Positions 40,021 through 51,031 of a DNA stretch of 64,000 nucleotides are shown piece by piece. A program made the position numbers and the translations under genes. Origin of the DNA: Octopus sinensis (taxonomy: Eukaryota); assembly GCF_006345805.1 (NCBI RefSeq), contig NC_043005.1, positions 103,540,001 to 103,604,000 of the forward strand, read 5' to 3'. The first letter of the stretch is position 1; each line of letters begins with the position of its first letter. Under the pieces are notes generated by a model that had not been told where the DNA came from, did no database searches, and saw only the letters and a list, made by a program, of their open reading frames with translations.

Positions 40021-40034
40021 CATATATATATATG

Positions 40035-40084
<50 letters not shown>

Positions 40085-40213
40085 CATATATATATATACA
40101 TATATATATATACTATATATATTATATATATATAATAAATATTAGGGAATGAATCCAAATACAGGAAAAAATCAGATTTAGGGTTAATCCAATTTTATAG
40201 TAAAATATTATAT

Positions 40214-40468
40214 AATATAATTTGAGACAAACCACTATTTTAAAACCAAACAAGGAAAGACTTAATCAATACATAAAATTTTAATATAAATTAAATAAAC
40301 CGCCACTACAAATGTTTCATGTCTGCTACCGACAATCTTCAGGTGGATTTTCGATCTTCTAATCAGTATCAAATTTTGAATTTATCAAATATTTAATTTA
40401 TATTAAAATTTTATGTATTGATTAAGTCTTTCCTTGTTTGGTTTTAAAATAGTGGTTTTGTCTCGAAT

Positions 40469-40474
<6 letters not shown>
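40214..40474. repeat. Foldback element (~84-bp arms) with a hammerhead motif in the loop
   Basis: Arms 40214-40297 and 40390-40474 are reverse complements; both outer flanks lead into (TA)n. Confidence 0.85.
40303..40346 (-). ncRNA. Type I hammerhead ribozyme motif
   Basis: Minus strand CCAC-CTGAAGA-T-TGTC(GGTAGCA)GACA-T-GAAAC(ATTT)GTA-GTGG: intact core, GUA cleavage triplet, CCAC/GTGG stem I, U-U mismatch at the base of stem II. Confidence 0.6.
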
Positions 40475-40516
<42 letters not shown>

Positions 40517-41149
40517 GTATGTATGTGTGTGTATATGTTTGTGTGTCTTTGTTTGTCCCCAAACATCGCTTGAACAACCGATGGTGGTGTGTTTACGTCC
40601 CCGTGACTTAGAGTAAGTACTAGGCTTCCAAAGAATAAGTCCTGGGGTTGATTTGCTCGACTAAAGGCGGTGCTCCAGCATGGCTGCAGTCAAATGACTG
40701 AAACAAGTAAAGAGTGTGTATATATATATATATATATATAACATGCACTAAGTAACCTGATACTAAATATACTACCATCCACCTCTATAAAGAAATGCAT
40801 TTGCTGGTCACTAGTTTTTCTAACCAGCAGAGTTGAAAAGGTGAGAATTTAGGCTATTTTTAGTATACTAACACCACATGCATGAAATGCTTTGGTTGGA
40901 CTTGTATTTAGTTCAGATGGGCTCCAAAACGCTCTGAATACCAACCAGAAGAAGCGGAAATTAACACCAAAAAGCAAAGATTTTGCACTGTGCATGAAAT
41001 TGCAGCAGAAACATATGTAGGTGCAGAAATGGAAAGAAGAATGGAACTGGATATATAAATCTCTGTTCTTATTATTAGTTTATATGTGTGTGTGGTGTGT
41101 CTGTGTGTGTGCGTGTATATATACACATGCACACAATATAGCATTATAT

Positions 41150-41510
41150 TATAAACGCCTGTGCCTCATAGAAGCAAAGTGGTTGGATTCCTTTCGATGT
41201 TGGGCCTCATGGAGGCAATGACCGAGACCTTTGGCATGATGTTGTGCTTGAGAAGAAGCGCCATCAAGCCATGCAAAATCACAGTTGTTGCAGATACCGG
41301 TGTCACGTAAATGGCACCTATGCTGGTGGCACGTAAAAGCACCCATTACACTTTCGGAGTGGTTAGCATTAGGAAGGGCATCCAGCAGTAGAAAACCATC
41401 CAAATCAGACTCGAGCCTGGTGCGGCCTTCCAGCATGCCAGCCCAGTTAAACCGTCCAACCCATGCTAGCATGGACAACAGACATTAAATGATGATGATG
41501 ATGATGATGA
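41150..41510 (+). mobile_element. RTE 3'-UTR fragment (different subfamily)
   Basis: GGTGGCACGTAAAAGCACC, TTAGGAAGGGCATCC and (GAT)n. Confidence 0.75.
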
Positions 41511-42188
41511 TTAATAATAATAATAATAATAATAATATATATGACAAAAGTGTCTGGCAGACTTGTTGCCACACCAGGCAAAATGTTTAGAAACTTTTCT
41601 CCCTGCACTTTACAATCCGAGTTCAATATTCTGCCAAGATCAGCTTTGCCTTTCATACCTCATGGGTCAATAAAATAAGAACCAGTCAAGTACTAGAATT
41701 AATCTAATTGAATTGCTCCCCTTCCCTTTCCTGAAATTGCTGGCCTTGTGTCAAAACTGGAAAGAATGTGTGACAAAAATACTTTCCTGACATAGAAATT
41801 ATTTCATCTCTCTAACGATTCTGTCACTCCACAGAGCTTCCGTTGCCATGAGTACGGATTCATTGTTAAAGCTTGACTCTTTTGAGTTTTCTTTTACCAC
41901 ATTCTTCAAATGATGTCTGTTAGTTCCAATTGGGTTAATTGTTGGGTGAAGTCAGAGGACACTGTGTAGAAATAGTTAATAGAACACAGGCAGTTCATCT
42001 TGTAGATCAGCATATAAAGAGAATGCGAGTGAGACGTAACAAGCAATTTTTTTGAAGCAACTGACCAAATTTAGGAAAGCAAGAAAAAGAAAAGGAAAAA
42101 CAAGGCGCAAAACACATCAATTAAAAAACTATAATTTATTTCTTTTTCATATAACATGAATATCTAGAAACATACATACACATAAATA

Positions 42189-42242
<54 letters not shown>

Positions 42243-42354
42243 TTTAAAATGAGGGTGAGAAATTAGATATTAATTTAATTAACATCAATTTCACACCAGT
42301 GGTCTAGCATAAAAGAACACTGAAGATTCAGTAAAATTGTATTATATATATATC

Positions 42355-42618
42355 TTAGAGGGAAACCACTATGTGGACACCCATATGTTAGAAATAGATC
42401 TGCTACGGTCTCACCACTATAAATGTTCTCAAGAAAAATTTAGCAAAACAAGTAAGATTACGTAATTTGTTGAATAATCCATATTTTTATTGCTTTTTCT
42501 TTTGTCTTGCTCAATTACGTTTTGGTTGTTTTGCTAAATTTTTCTTCAGAACATTTTTTAGTGCGGAGACTGTAGCGGATCTATTTCTAACATATGGGTG
42601 TCCACATAGTGGTTTCCC

Positions 42619-42623
<5 letters not shown>
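42355..42623. repeat. Foldback element with ~97-bp arms
   Basis: TTAGAGGGAAACCACTATGTGGACACCC.. and ..GGGTGTCCACATAGTGGTTTCCCTCTAA are reverse complements. Confidence 0.85.
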
Positions 42624-42649
<26 letters not shown>

Positions 42650-42692
42650 GCAATAATAATTCTCTAAACGAGATATAGACAGTAACTGCTCC

Positions 42693-42987
42693 ATAACATA
42701 AGGGACATTAGCCATTTGAATGTGGCTAGGGACAGGGCAGGGCGGTGGGGTGTTACTGATGCATTTAGCCCCAGGCGATCATCAACGTCACCAGATAGGC
42801 TGACACCATCACGGTGTCCTCTATCCTGCAAAGGGAGTGATCTCCCTTTGCAGGATAGAGGACACCGTGATGGTGTCAGCCTATCTGGTGACGTTGATGA
42901 TCGCCTGGGGCTAAATGCATCAGTAACACCCCCACCGCCCTGCCCTGTCCCTAGCCACATTCAAATGGCTAATGTCCCTTATGTTAT
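42693..42987. repeat. Near-perfect 295-bp palindrome (145/146-bp arms, 4-nt loop TGAT)
   Basis: By eye the arms differ only by a G4 versus C5 homopolymer indel; centre GGGAG-TGAT-CTCCC at 42833-42846. Confidence 0.95.
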
Positions 42988-43463
42988 ATATATATATATA
43001 TATATGTATTATATTAATGTTTGTTTTTATATTCAGTTATAATAAAAACAATTTTACATAAATTTGAAAAGTTACTCTACAATTTTGTAGATACAAATTA
43101 ATTATTCTTAAAAAATAATTTTCTTAACAATGACTTCGAAGTCACTGACCGAAACTTCGAGGTCACTATCAATAGCATTCCTGTTTAAGAATAATATATA
43201 TATATATTTTCATATACACATATGGTGTATATGTATAGACCAATTTACACAATAGTATGTAAAACTACAGCACTAACATACACGCATGAATTGTATTGAC
43301 CTACACACATATCCACACATATATATTGTCCACAATTAACATCACAGCAATAAAGAAAGAACGGGAACAAACCTACCATGACAACACGTATATGTATACA
43401 TGTATGTGTGTAATATATATGTATATATATTATATAATATATAATATATATATATATATATAT

Positions 43464-43512
<49 letters not shown>

Positions 43513-43567
43513 GTTGTTATATCTATATATAATATATATATATATATATATATGTATATGTGTATAT

Positions 43568-43611
<44 letters not shown>

Positions 43612-43676
43612 GTATATTGTATATAATATATATATATATATATATGTATATGTGTATATATATATATGTATATGTG

Positions 43677-43712
<36 letters not shown>

Positions 43713-43813
43713 ATATGTATATGTGTATATATATATATATGTATGTATATGGTGTGTGTGGTGTGTATGTGTGTGTGTGGGTGATTGGGTGTGTGTAGGG
43801 CACTTGCCTGATG

Positions 43814-44464
43814 TTAAGGGTTACACTGAGATGCTGCTTGCAACATTGCTTTGATGGCCCGTGCTCGCATGCCGAGTTCCAAAATTTCCATTTCTGTTTG
43901 TACAATTACATTCTGCGATGATTCTGTGCCTGGTGGTAATGACTTCCGCACAGAAGATGCAAATGCACTCTTTGCAGGTGCGGCTTTTACAGTCGTGAAA
44001 GTCTGTCCCATTGTTACTGTTGGTGCTGCTGGCACAGCATGGAGCTGGTGGGATGCAAGCGAAGTGGGCTTAGTTTTGTAGTTGCAGATACAATAAGTCT
44101 GTTTGCAGTTGTGGCAGAAATTTGTGCTGACACCACTGAAGCTATGGGCCAATGCAGTGGTGGCATTTCTGCCATAGTACGGTGTCCTGGTCATTATCAA
44201 TGCCTCATTGACTTTGGTATGATGCTGAGAAATATCTAGTTGTTTGGTGGACAAAGCCTGTTGATATGCCAACAGGTGCGGTGAGACATGTGCACGGACT
44301 GGATGTGGTCGGTAATGAAGATCCCCAGATCCACCGGGAGGAGGCCAGTTTGGGTTGGTATAGATCTGCTGTCTGTTGAGTAGTTTCTGATCTGAAGGGA
44401 TATAATTACTTGAGTAACTTGCTGAAGATGCTAGGTTTGAGTGGTAACTATCTTTGGTAATACC
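43814..44464 (-). CDS. CAAP1: Terminal coding exon of a probable CAAP1-like protein (caspase activity and apoptosis inhibitor 1 family)
   Basis: Acceptor TTTGTATTGTATTTTTCAG at 44465-44483, then 216 codons and TAA in non-repetitive sequence. The C-terminus EMEILELGMRARAIKAMLQA resembles the CAAP1 C-terminal LELLELEMRARAIKALMKA (recalled, not searched). The N-terminal CAAP1 domain was not found in the window, so the symbol is tentative. Confidence 0.6.
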   Translation of the reverse strand, partial: GITKDSYHSNLASSASYSSNYIPSDQKLLNRQQIYTNPNWPPPGGSGDLHYRPHPVRAHVSPHLLAYQQALSTKQLDISQHHTKVNEALIMTRTPYYGRNATTALAHSFSGVSTNFCHNCKQTYCICNYKTKPTSLASHQLHAVPAAPTVTMGQTFTTVKAAPAKSAFASSVRKSLPPGTESSQNVIVQTEMEILELGMRARAIKAMLQAASQCNP

Positions 44465-44729
44465 CTGAAAAATACAATACAAAGAAACATCAACCACATA
44501 ATGGAATACACTCCAGATATAGGCATCTGGGATGTTGGGGAGGGCAATAATCTTCTATTTTACATATTTCATTGATCCAACAACTGAAAACTCTGTTAAC
44601 TGCTTCAACATTGTACAACAGTTTGCATTCTATAACAATGTTTCTAAGCAATATAAGAAGAAGAAGAATAATGTTTCCTATGCTAAGGGAAAGAAGAGAT
44701 TTACTGAGCTTTGAAATAATATAAATTGA

Positions 44730-45090
44730 AATCAAAATCGTTCAAAAATCAATGGAAATTGTAGTTATGATACCAGTGCCGGTGGCACAAGAACCATCCG
44801 AACGTGGCCGTTGCCAGCGCCACCCCAACTGGCCTCCATGCTGGTGGCACGTAAAAAGTACCAACCGATCGTGGCCATTGCCAGCCTCACCTGGCACCTG
44901 TGCCGGTGGCACGTAAAAAGCACCCACTACACTCACGGAGTGGTTGGCGTTAGGAAGGGCATCTAGCTGTAGAAACACTGCCAGATCAGATTGGAGCCTA
45001 GTGCAGCCTCCTGGTTTCCCAGACCCCAGTCGAACCGTCCAACCCATGCCAGCATGGAAAGCAGACGTTAAACAATGATGATGATGGTAA
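44730..45090 (+). mobile_element. RTE 3'-UTR element
   Basis: Matches the 3' UTR of 59757-61018; (GAT)n tail. Confidence 0.8.
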
Positions 45091-45229
45091 ATGCTATTGA
45101 ATCCCAGTTTAATTACAAAGAAACAGGAAAAGAAAAAATAGGGGAGAAATAAGGCAGTAGAATGGGTAGGGGACAATGGGCCACACACTCTAGAACAAAT
45201 GGCATACTCAGCGGTTACCCACGGTCATG

Positions 45230-45960
45230 ATGGTGATGGCCAACAAGGAAACTGGTGGCACTGAATCAAGGAAGACCTGAGGTATCAAGAGTGACTGGTG
45301 CAAACTGGTATTCATTTATTTTGCTTTCTTCTGCGTTACAGGCTGTTATAACTGGGTTTGAAACCAATGCAGCAGGCTTGGAGCCAGAGAATGCATCACT
45401 GCAAGTCATATATCCCAGACTAAGCATCTGTCTCCCTTGAATAGAAAGGGTTATTCTGTTGGGGCACTTACAGTCCTTTCAGCCGAAACCTATTGCTCCA
45501 CTTGAGACAGGAACCCACCTGCATTAAGGCCCTGCCCACTTATGTCATTCAGAGCAGCATTTCAGGAGAATCAGCTCTTGCTATGATTGCAGGATAACGG
45601 ATGCAGGTCAGGTTCATCGACTTCTGCTCCACAAAGGCATTTGTGCAGCTCTCACAAGTGGAGACTAAGGTGTTGGGCCACTCTAGAAGGCACCAGTAGG
45701 TGAGGAGGGTACCAAATTGAGCCAGGAGTCACAGTTTAGCTGTGAAGCACAACAGAAGAAGGTGAGATGGTGCTAGTGTAATGATGTCTCAATCTGCTCA
45801 AAGGCAGATTGCATTTGATGGTATCCCAGTAACATTGGACATCTGCAGAATGGGAATGGCAAGACCTTTGGCAGTCTAATCAGCTAGGGCTAACTCCAGT
45901 TCCTGGACCACATCTAGTTCAGCCATCCTGTGGAGTATCTTACTGATATGGGTGTGGCTG
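45230..45960 (-). pseudogene. Decayed CRE-like (restriction-like endonuclease) non-LTR retrotransposon C-terminus
   Basis: DSWLNLVPSSPTG, HKCLCGAEVDEPDLHPLSC, AALNDI, RCLVWD and YQFAPVTLDTSG are the zinc-knuckle plus RLE motif order of CRE-type elements; many stops. Confidence 0.7.
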
Positions 45961-46014
45961 GAGGAGACTGAGTAAAAGTAAGCCAGCTGAGGTTTTATAC
46001 CTATATGTAAAATT

Positions 46015-46420
46015 GAAAATCGAAATCGATCAACATCAATGGAAATTGCAGCTGTGATACCAGTGCCGGTGGTACGTAAGAGAACCATCCGAACGTGGCT
46101 GTTGCCAGCACCACCCCGACTGGCACGTAAAAAGCACCATCCGATCGTGGTCGTTGCCAGCCTCATCTGGCTGCCGTGCCGGTGGCACGTAAAAAGCACC
46201 ATCCGATCTTGGCCGTTTGCCAGCCTCGTCTGGCACGTAAAAAGCACCCATTACACTCACGGAGTGGTTGGTGTTAGGAAGGGCATCCAGCTGTAGAAAC
46301 ATTGCCAGATCAGCCTGGGCCTGGTGCAGCCTTCTGGCTTCCCAGACCCCAGTTGAACCGTCCAACCCATGCTAGCATGGAAAGCAGATGCTAAATGATG
46401 ATGATGATGATGATGATGAT
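46015..46420 (+). mobile_element. RTE 3'-UTR element
   Basis: As above, with several GGCACGTAAAAAGCACC units. Confidence 0.8.
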
Positions 46421-46519
46421 GTAGTTGTTAATGGAGATTATGGTTAGAGTAATTGTGATCAAGTGAGTGAAGATGAACAAGGATGTGTGTGAGTGCATGC
46501 ATGCCCCGACACTCCCTCA

Positions 46520-46750
46520 GTTACGATGAGAAGGGTTCCAGTAGATCTAATCAATGGAACAGCCCGCTTGTGAAATTAACATGCAAGTGGCTGAGTATAC
46601 CCTTAACATGGTTCTCAGGAGATTCAATGTGACACAGAATTTGAAAGGCTGGCCCTTTCAAATACAGGTGCTGCTCAATTTTGCAAGCTGAGTAGACTGG
46701 GGGAATGGAAAATAAAGTGTCTTGCTCAAGGACATAACGTGCCACCAGAA
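46520..46750 (-). mobile_element. Decayed SINE family C
   Basis: GTGAAATTAACATGCAAGTGGCTGAG is the reverse complement of the family C body. Confidence 0.6.
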
Positions 46751-46789
46751 ATCAAAAACCACAATATGTATGTATGCTTAAACACACAA

Positions 46790-46935
46790 CATGGCTAGGC
46801 ATAGGAGTATGGTAAGAAGTTTCACTTCCCAACCATATGGTTTCAAGTTCAGTCCCACTGTGAAGCACCTTGGACAAGTCTTCTAATATAACCCCAGGTC
46901 ATGGATTTCATAGGTGGAAACTAAAAGAAGCCCAT
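46790..46935 (+). mobile_element. Decayed SINE family B head
   Basis: GTTCAGTCCCACTG..CACCTTGGACAAGT..GAAACTAAAAGAAGCCC. Confidence 0.6.
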
Positions 46936-47479
46936 GTATCTATGCATCTATCTATATGTGCATGTGTATGTGTGTGCACACACGTTTCTGTCTCCTTGGT
47001 ATTGCATCATAGTTCTGAGTGTCACGCTCTTGCAAGTGGCATCTCTCATAACCAATCTTTCATCAAAACATGCCTACACTATGATATACAAATGAAAAAA
47101 GCACTCAATACAGTGTAGAGTATAATTTACATTTAGCTGACCATTACTTGAAGTTTCATGCTGACACAATCAATTACATGGCATGATGTTCCATTTTCCA
47201 AGATGATACTGGAATCCCACTATTCTAATTACAAACATAACCCCTATTTTGTTGGGTAACTCAGAATGTGTACCTCGTTTGTAAGGAGTTAGTAATTTGC
47301 AGTTGAGGATAGATAATCTTCTGAAGAAGAAGCAACTGTTTCGCTGGATGACAAAAGTCTAGAAGTGAAAATAATAATTCCTTGATGTGAGAGTTTCAGC
47401 CAATGAACTTTTTTATGAGCCCACCCTCATAAGACTGTTTCTGTTATGTTCCATGCACAAAGTCAGTATCAGATTCCAA

Positions 47480-47685
47480 TTTTCGCACAGGGCCTGTAGC
47501 TTTTGAGGTGGAGTGGAAATTGTTTACACCAACCCCAGTACGTGACTGGTACTTATTTCATTGACCCTGAACGGATGAAAGGCAAAGCTGACCTTGGAAG
47601 AATTTAGGCTCAGAATGTAAAGGTGGACAAAATACTGCTAAGCGTTTCGTCCTGTATGTTAATGGTTCTGCCAGCTCACCGCTTT
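47480..47685 (-). mobile_element. Decayed SINE family A
   Basis: GGATGAAAGGCAAAG..GCCAGCTCACCGC; a similarly decayed plus-strand copy lies at ~41530-41760. Confidence 0.65.
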
Positions 47686-47926
47686 ACACAAAGTTAATAG
47701 TGTAAATGTTTGTTATTTTGCTAAATCCTCTAGAATTTTTGATTATTTTGAAAAATGATTTAAAACACATAGACAGAGCTTTTAATTAGTAAGGCTGTCA
47801 TGAAATGATTAAGGTTAGATGCACAGTGTACTTAGATAGATTAACAGTGAAGGCAAGACAGACTATTCAGCTTCGATTGAGTAGAAAAAACAGAATGTAA
47901 GAAATATGGTGTAGAAACATATAATA

Positions 47927-47961
<35 letters not shown>

Positions 47962-49297
47962 AAGACAGAAGGAGACAGAGAGAAAGAAAAAGAAGTGGTT
48001 AGCTTTGGGGTGAGAGGAATCAGAGGCAAGGGAGGAATAGTGATGTGAAATTAGAGAGAGAAATAGAAAGACAGATGAAGAGAAAAGTAGAGGAGGGAGA
48101 GAGAGAGAGAGGGAGAGAGAGAGAGAGAGAGGCGAAGGGTGGATTGAGAAATAATCAGAAGAAATAATTGGAAGATTAAAGAGTGAATTTTAAGTGACAG
48201 CAGGTGTGTGTGCCGTAAGCAGTGGCCATCACTTACAGAATGAAAGGGTGAATCAAAGAATTAAGTGTTCTAAATGGAACTTAGGCTGTATTTCTCTTTG
48301 CAATTCATTTAATTCGGCTGAATTGTCTGATTCTATCACTGTCTTCTTTATCTTTTAGTGGTGTTTTGGGTTGGGGATGTCGAGGGGGCGGTGGGGGGAG
48401 ATGCAGAGGGGTGGAGTGTGTGTGTGTGTGTGTGTATGTGTGTAGTGGTGTATTCTTGATTCTTTAAAACAATTTTTAACATCTTTCGTTTTTTAAGTTT
48501 TCCATTCTTTCTGCTAATGATGCAAAGAAACGGTGAAGTGAGGAGTGAATGCAGAAAGGTAAAAGATGAGAAATACCAAACATTGCAAAAAAAAAAAAAA
48601 TGTAAACAAAGAAAAAAAAAATTAATCAAAGAAATAACAATGATGTCCCGAAGAATGTAAGAACTTGTTAAACAAATAATTTATCTAATTAAAAAAAAAA
48701 CAACTTCAAAATAACATTTAAATAGTAAACCAAAAATTGTCCATAATTGATGGCATTGTGTTGCAGGGTCGGAAATGACTGCAGAAACTTCCTGCAATTA
48801 TTCCAAGTTAAAGGATTGGCAGTGATGCAGCTGAGAAAGGAAATGAGGCATATTATTTGCCAAGACTTTATAGCTGGGTAGTGGTGTGGGTATTGGAGAT
48901 CAGGGTAGATGTTTTACTTCAATGAAACCTCCCCGTCCACCGATCAGTCCTGTAACCCGAGGGAATGAAACTGCCGTATTCTGTTGCTTTCTTTCACACC
49001 AATTCGCACCCAAGCTGAGCTGACAGGAATGGTTTGCCAGCAGGGAATGGGTAACACAAGGATTGGTTTTTTTCTTTGTGTGTTTCAGGTTAGCTGATTA
49101 AATGAATTTGATTAGCTTAAGAAGGTAGTATTACAGTTATGTTGTTTTAGTGGGACCCTAACCAACCACGAAACACAATGTCTTTTTCAACCTGGTTCAA
49201 TGAAAAACAACAACAACAAAATAAAAAGACAGCTAGTTTAATCATACATACATGCATGTGTATTTGTATGTGTGTGTGTAGATGTTTGTGTGTGTGT

Positions 49298-49505
49298 GGA
49301 GGCACATGGTTTAGTGGTTAGGATGTTGTACTCATGATCATAAGATTGTGATTTTGATTCCTAGACCGAGCAATGCATTAAAACACTTCATTTCGCATTG
49401 CTCCAGTCCACAAATGAGTAAGTCTACAATGGACCACTATCCTGTCCAGTGGGAGAATATATACCCTAAAGAATCCAGGAAAACAGCCTTACGAGCCTAT
49501 GTCTT
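49298..49505 (+). mobile_element. SINE family D (CORE-like)
   Basis: tRNA-like head followed by AAAACACTTCATTTCGCATTGCTCCAGTCCAC. Confidence 0.7.
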
Positions 49506-49973
49506 AGAAAAGACCTTTGACCTTTTACACACACACACATGAGAGAGAGAGTGAGAGAGAAATAAAAATATAAGATATCAATCCTATATGAGGGTTGATT
49601 CCTCACTTTTTCTAACTCTTTCTCTCTGTCTCACCTTTCTGTAAGACATCAGCTCTAAGTCAGATCCTGGGAGGCCTACAATACCCAAGATATGCTGTAT
49701 GTCACCATGACTCTCCAGTAAGGTGCCAAGGGCTCATGGCATAATACACACACACGTGTATGTTATATATATGAGTACATATATATATATATAAATTTAT
49801 ATTTTGCATGTCTATATATACACACACTGGTATATGACCAACGTTGGACCCTTTATTCGCATGATCACTGAACCTGGAACTTAACTATGGTCTATCCATA
49901 GTACTTACTCAGCATTACCTGACACCTTTGGGCCACACTGACACCATTACCTCTCTCTCCCTCTCTCTCTCTT

Positions 49974-50013
<40 letters not shown>

Positions 50014-50079
50014 CCTCGTATGTACCGTTGGTGATTTTTTTCCTCTGTCTTGCCTTCTCTGGATCTTTCCTTCTCCTAT

Positions 50080-50114
50080 GTTTCCGACGAAGAGCTCTGC
50101 TCGAAACGTTAAAC
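50080..50114 (+). ncRNA. Hammerhead-ribozyme-like motif, variant core CCGACGA
   Basis: GTTT-CCGACGA-A-GAGC(TCT)GCTC-GAAAC-GTT-AAAC: perfect stems, U4 replaced by C; lies in a ~200-bp unit (50013-50203) flanked by (TA)n. Confidence 0.5.
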
Positions 50115-50216
50115 CCTCCTTACCTGAGCGTCCAATAATACTATATTTGTTCCACATCCTCGCGTTGTAGTGTTTTTTGTGCTTTCTTGTTTGGATTAAC
50201 TTTATATATATATATA

Positions 50217-50239
<23 letters not shown>

Positions 50240-50250
<11 letters not shown>

Positions 50251-50397
50251 GTGTTAGGAAAGGCATCCAGCCACAGAAACCAAACCAAACTAGTCTGGAG
50301 CCTGGTGCAGCTCTCCAACTCACCAGTTCCAACCAAACCATCTGCCCCATGTCAGCATGGAAAATGGATGCTAAATGATGATGATGATGATGATGGT
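50240..50397 (+). mobile_element. RTE 3'-UTR fragment
   Basis: GTTAGGAAAGGCATCC..(GAT)n. Confidence 0.7.
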
Positions 50398-51031
50398 ATT
50401 TATACATAATCCTTTTCTTCATCAACTTTTTGCATTCACTCTTCTACACTTGCATAGATGAGCTGGAATTTGTTAAGGCAGGTTCTCTATGACCGGGTGC
50501 CCTTCCTGTCTCCAATCCTCACTTGCTTCCATGCAAGGCACTATTTCCTCATGGTCAGACATGTTTTCCATGGAAGTCTAACAATGAACAACATCGCTTA
50601 TATGATGACAACACCCATCATGCATCATACAACCATGTGGTGTGAAAACAAAGGCACACACCAACACACAAATACATACTCACATACATGAATATACATA
50701 TACACACATGTACAGAATGGGTTTCTTTCCATTTACAACTACCAAATTCACTCATGTGACTTTGGTTGACTTAGGGGTTTAGGAGAATACACAACCCAAG
50801 GTGCCGTGCCCTTAACTGAACAGCATAAATACCAGCACATAATTCATTGTTTTGTGCACAGAATAAGTAATAACTTGCTTCACTAAAATCAATAAAATGA
50901 ACTAAAATATTCAAAAACAACAAAAAAAAAAGAAAGTAAAGTAATACTGACAATAAATAAAACATTTAATAGAAGAAAATACTTATTAAATTTTTACCTG
51001 TTTTTATAACTATTTAAAAAAATTTTTTTAT

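Larger units (their letters stand above)
39070..40714 (+). mobile_element. SINE family B expanded by nested inserts
   Basis: Head 39070-39230 and tail 40535-40714, with a CR1 fragment and a foldback element in the intervening microsatellite. Confidence 0.6.

Noticed and set aside
41780-41920. Protein-like open frame on the minus strand ending ..ATEALWSDRIVREMK-stop
   Set aside because: Weak acceptor, and it lies downstream of the CAAP1-like stop; unsupported without RNA data.
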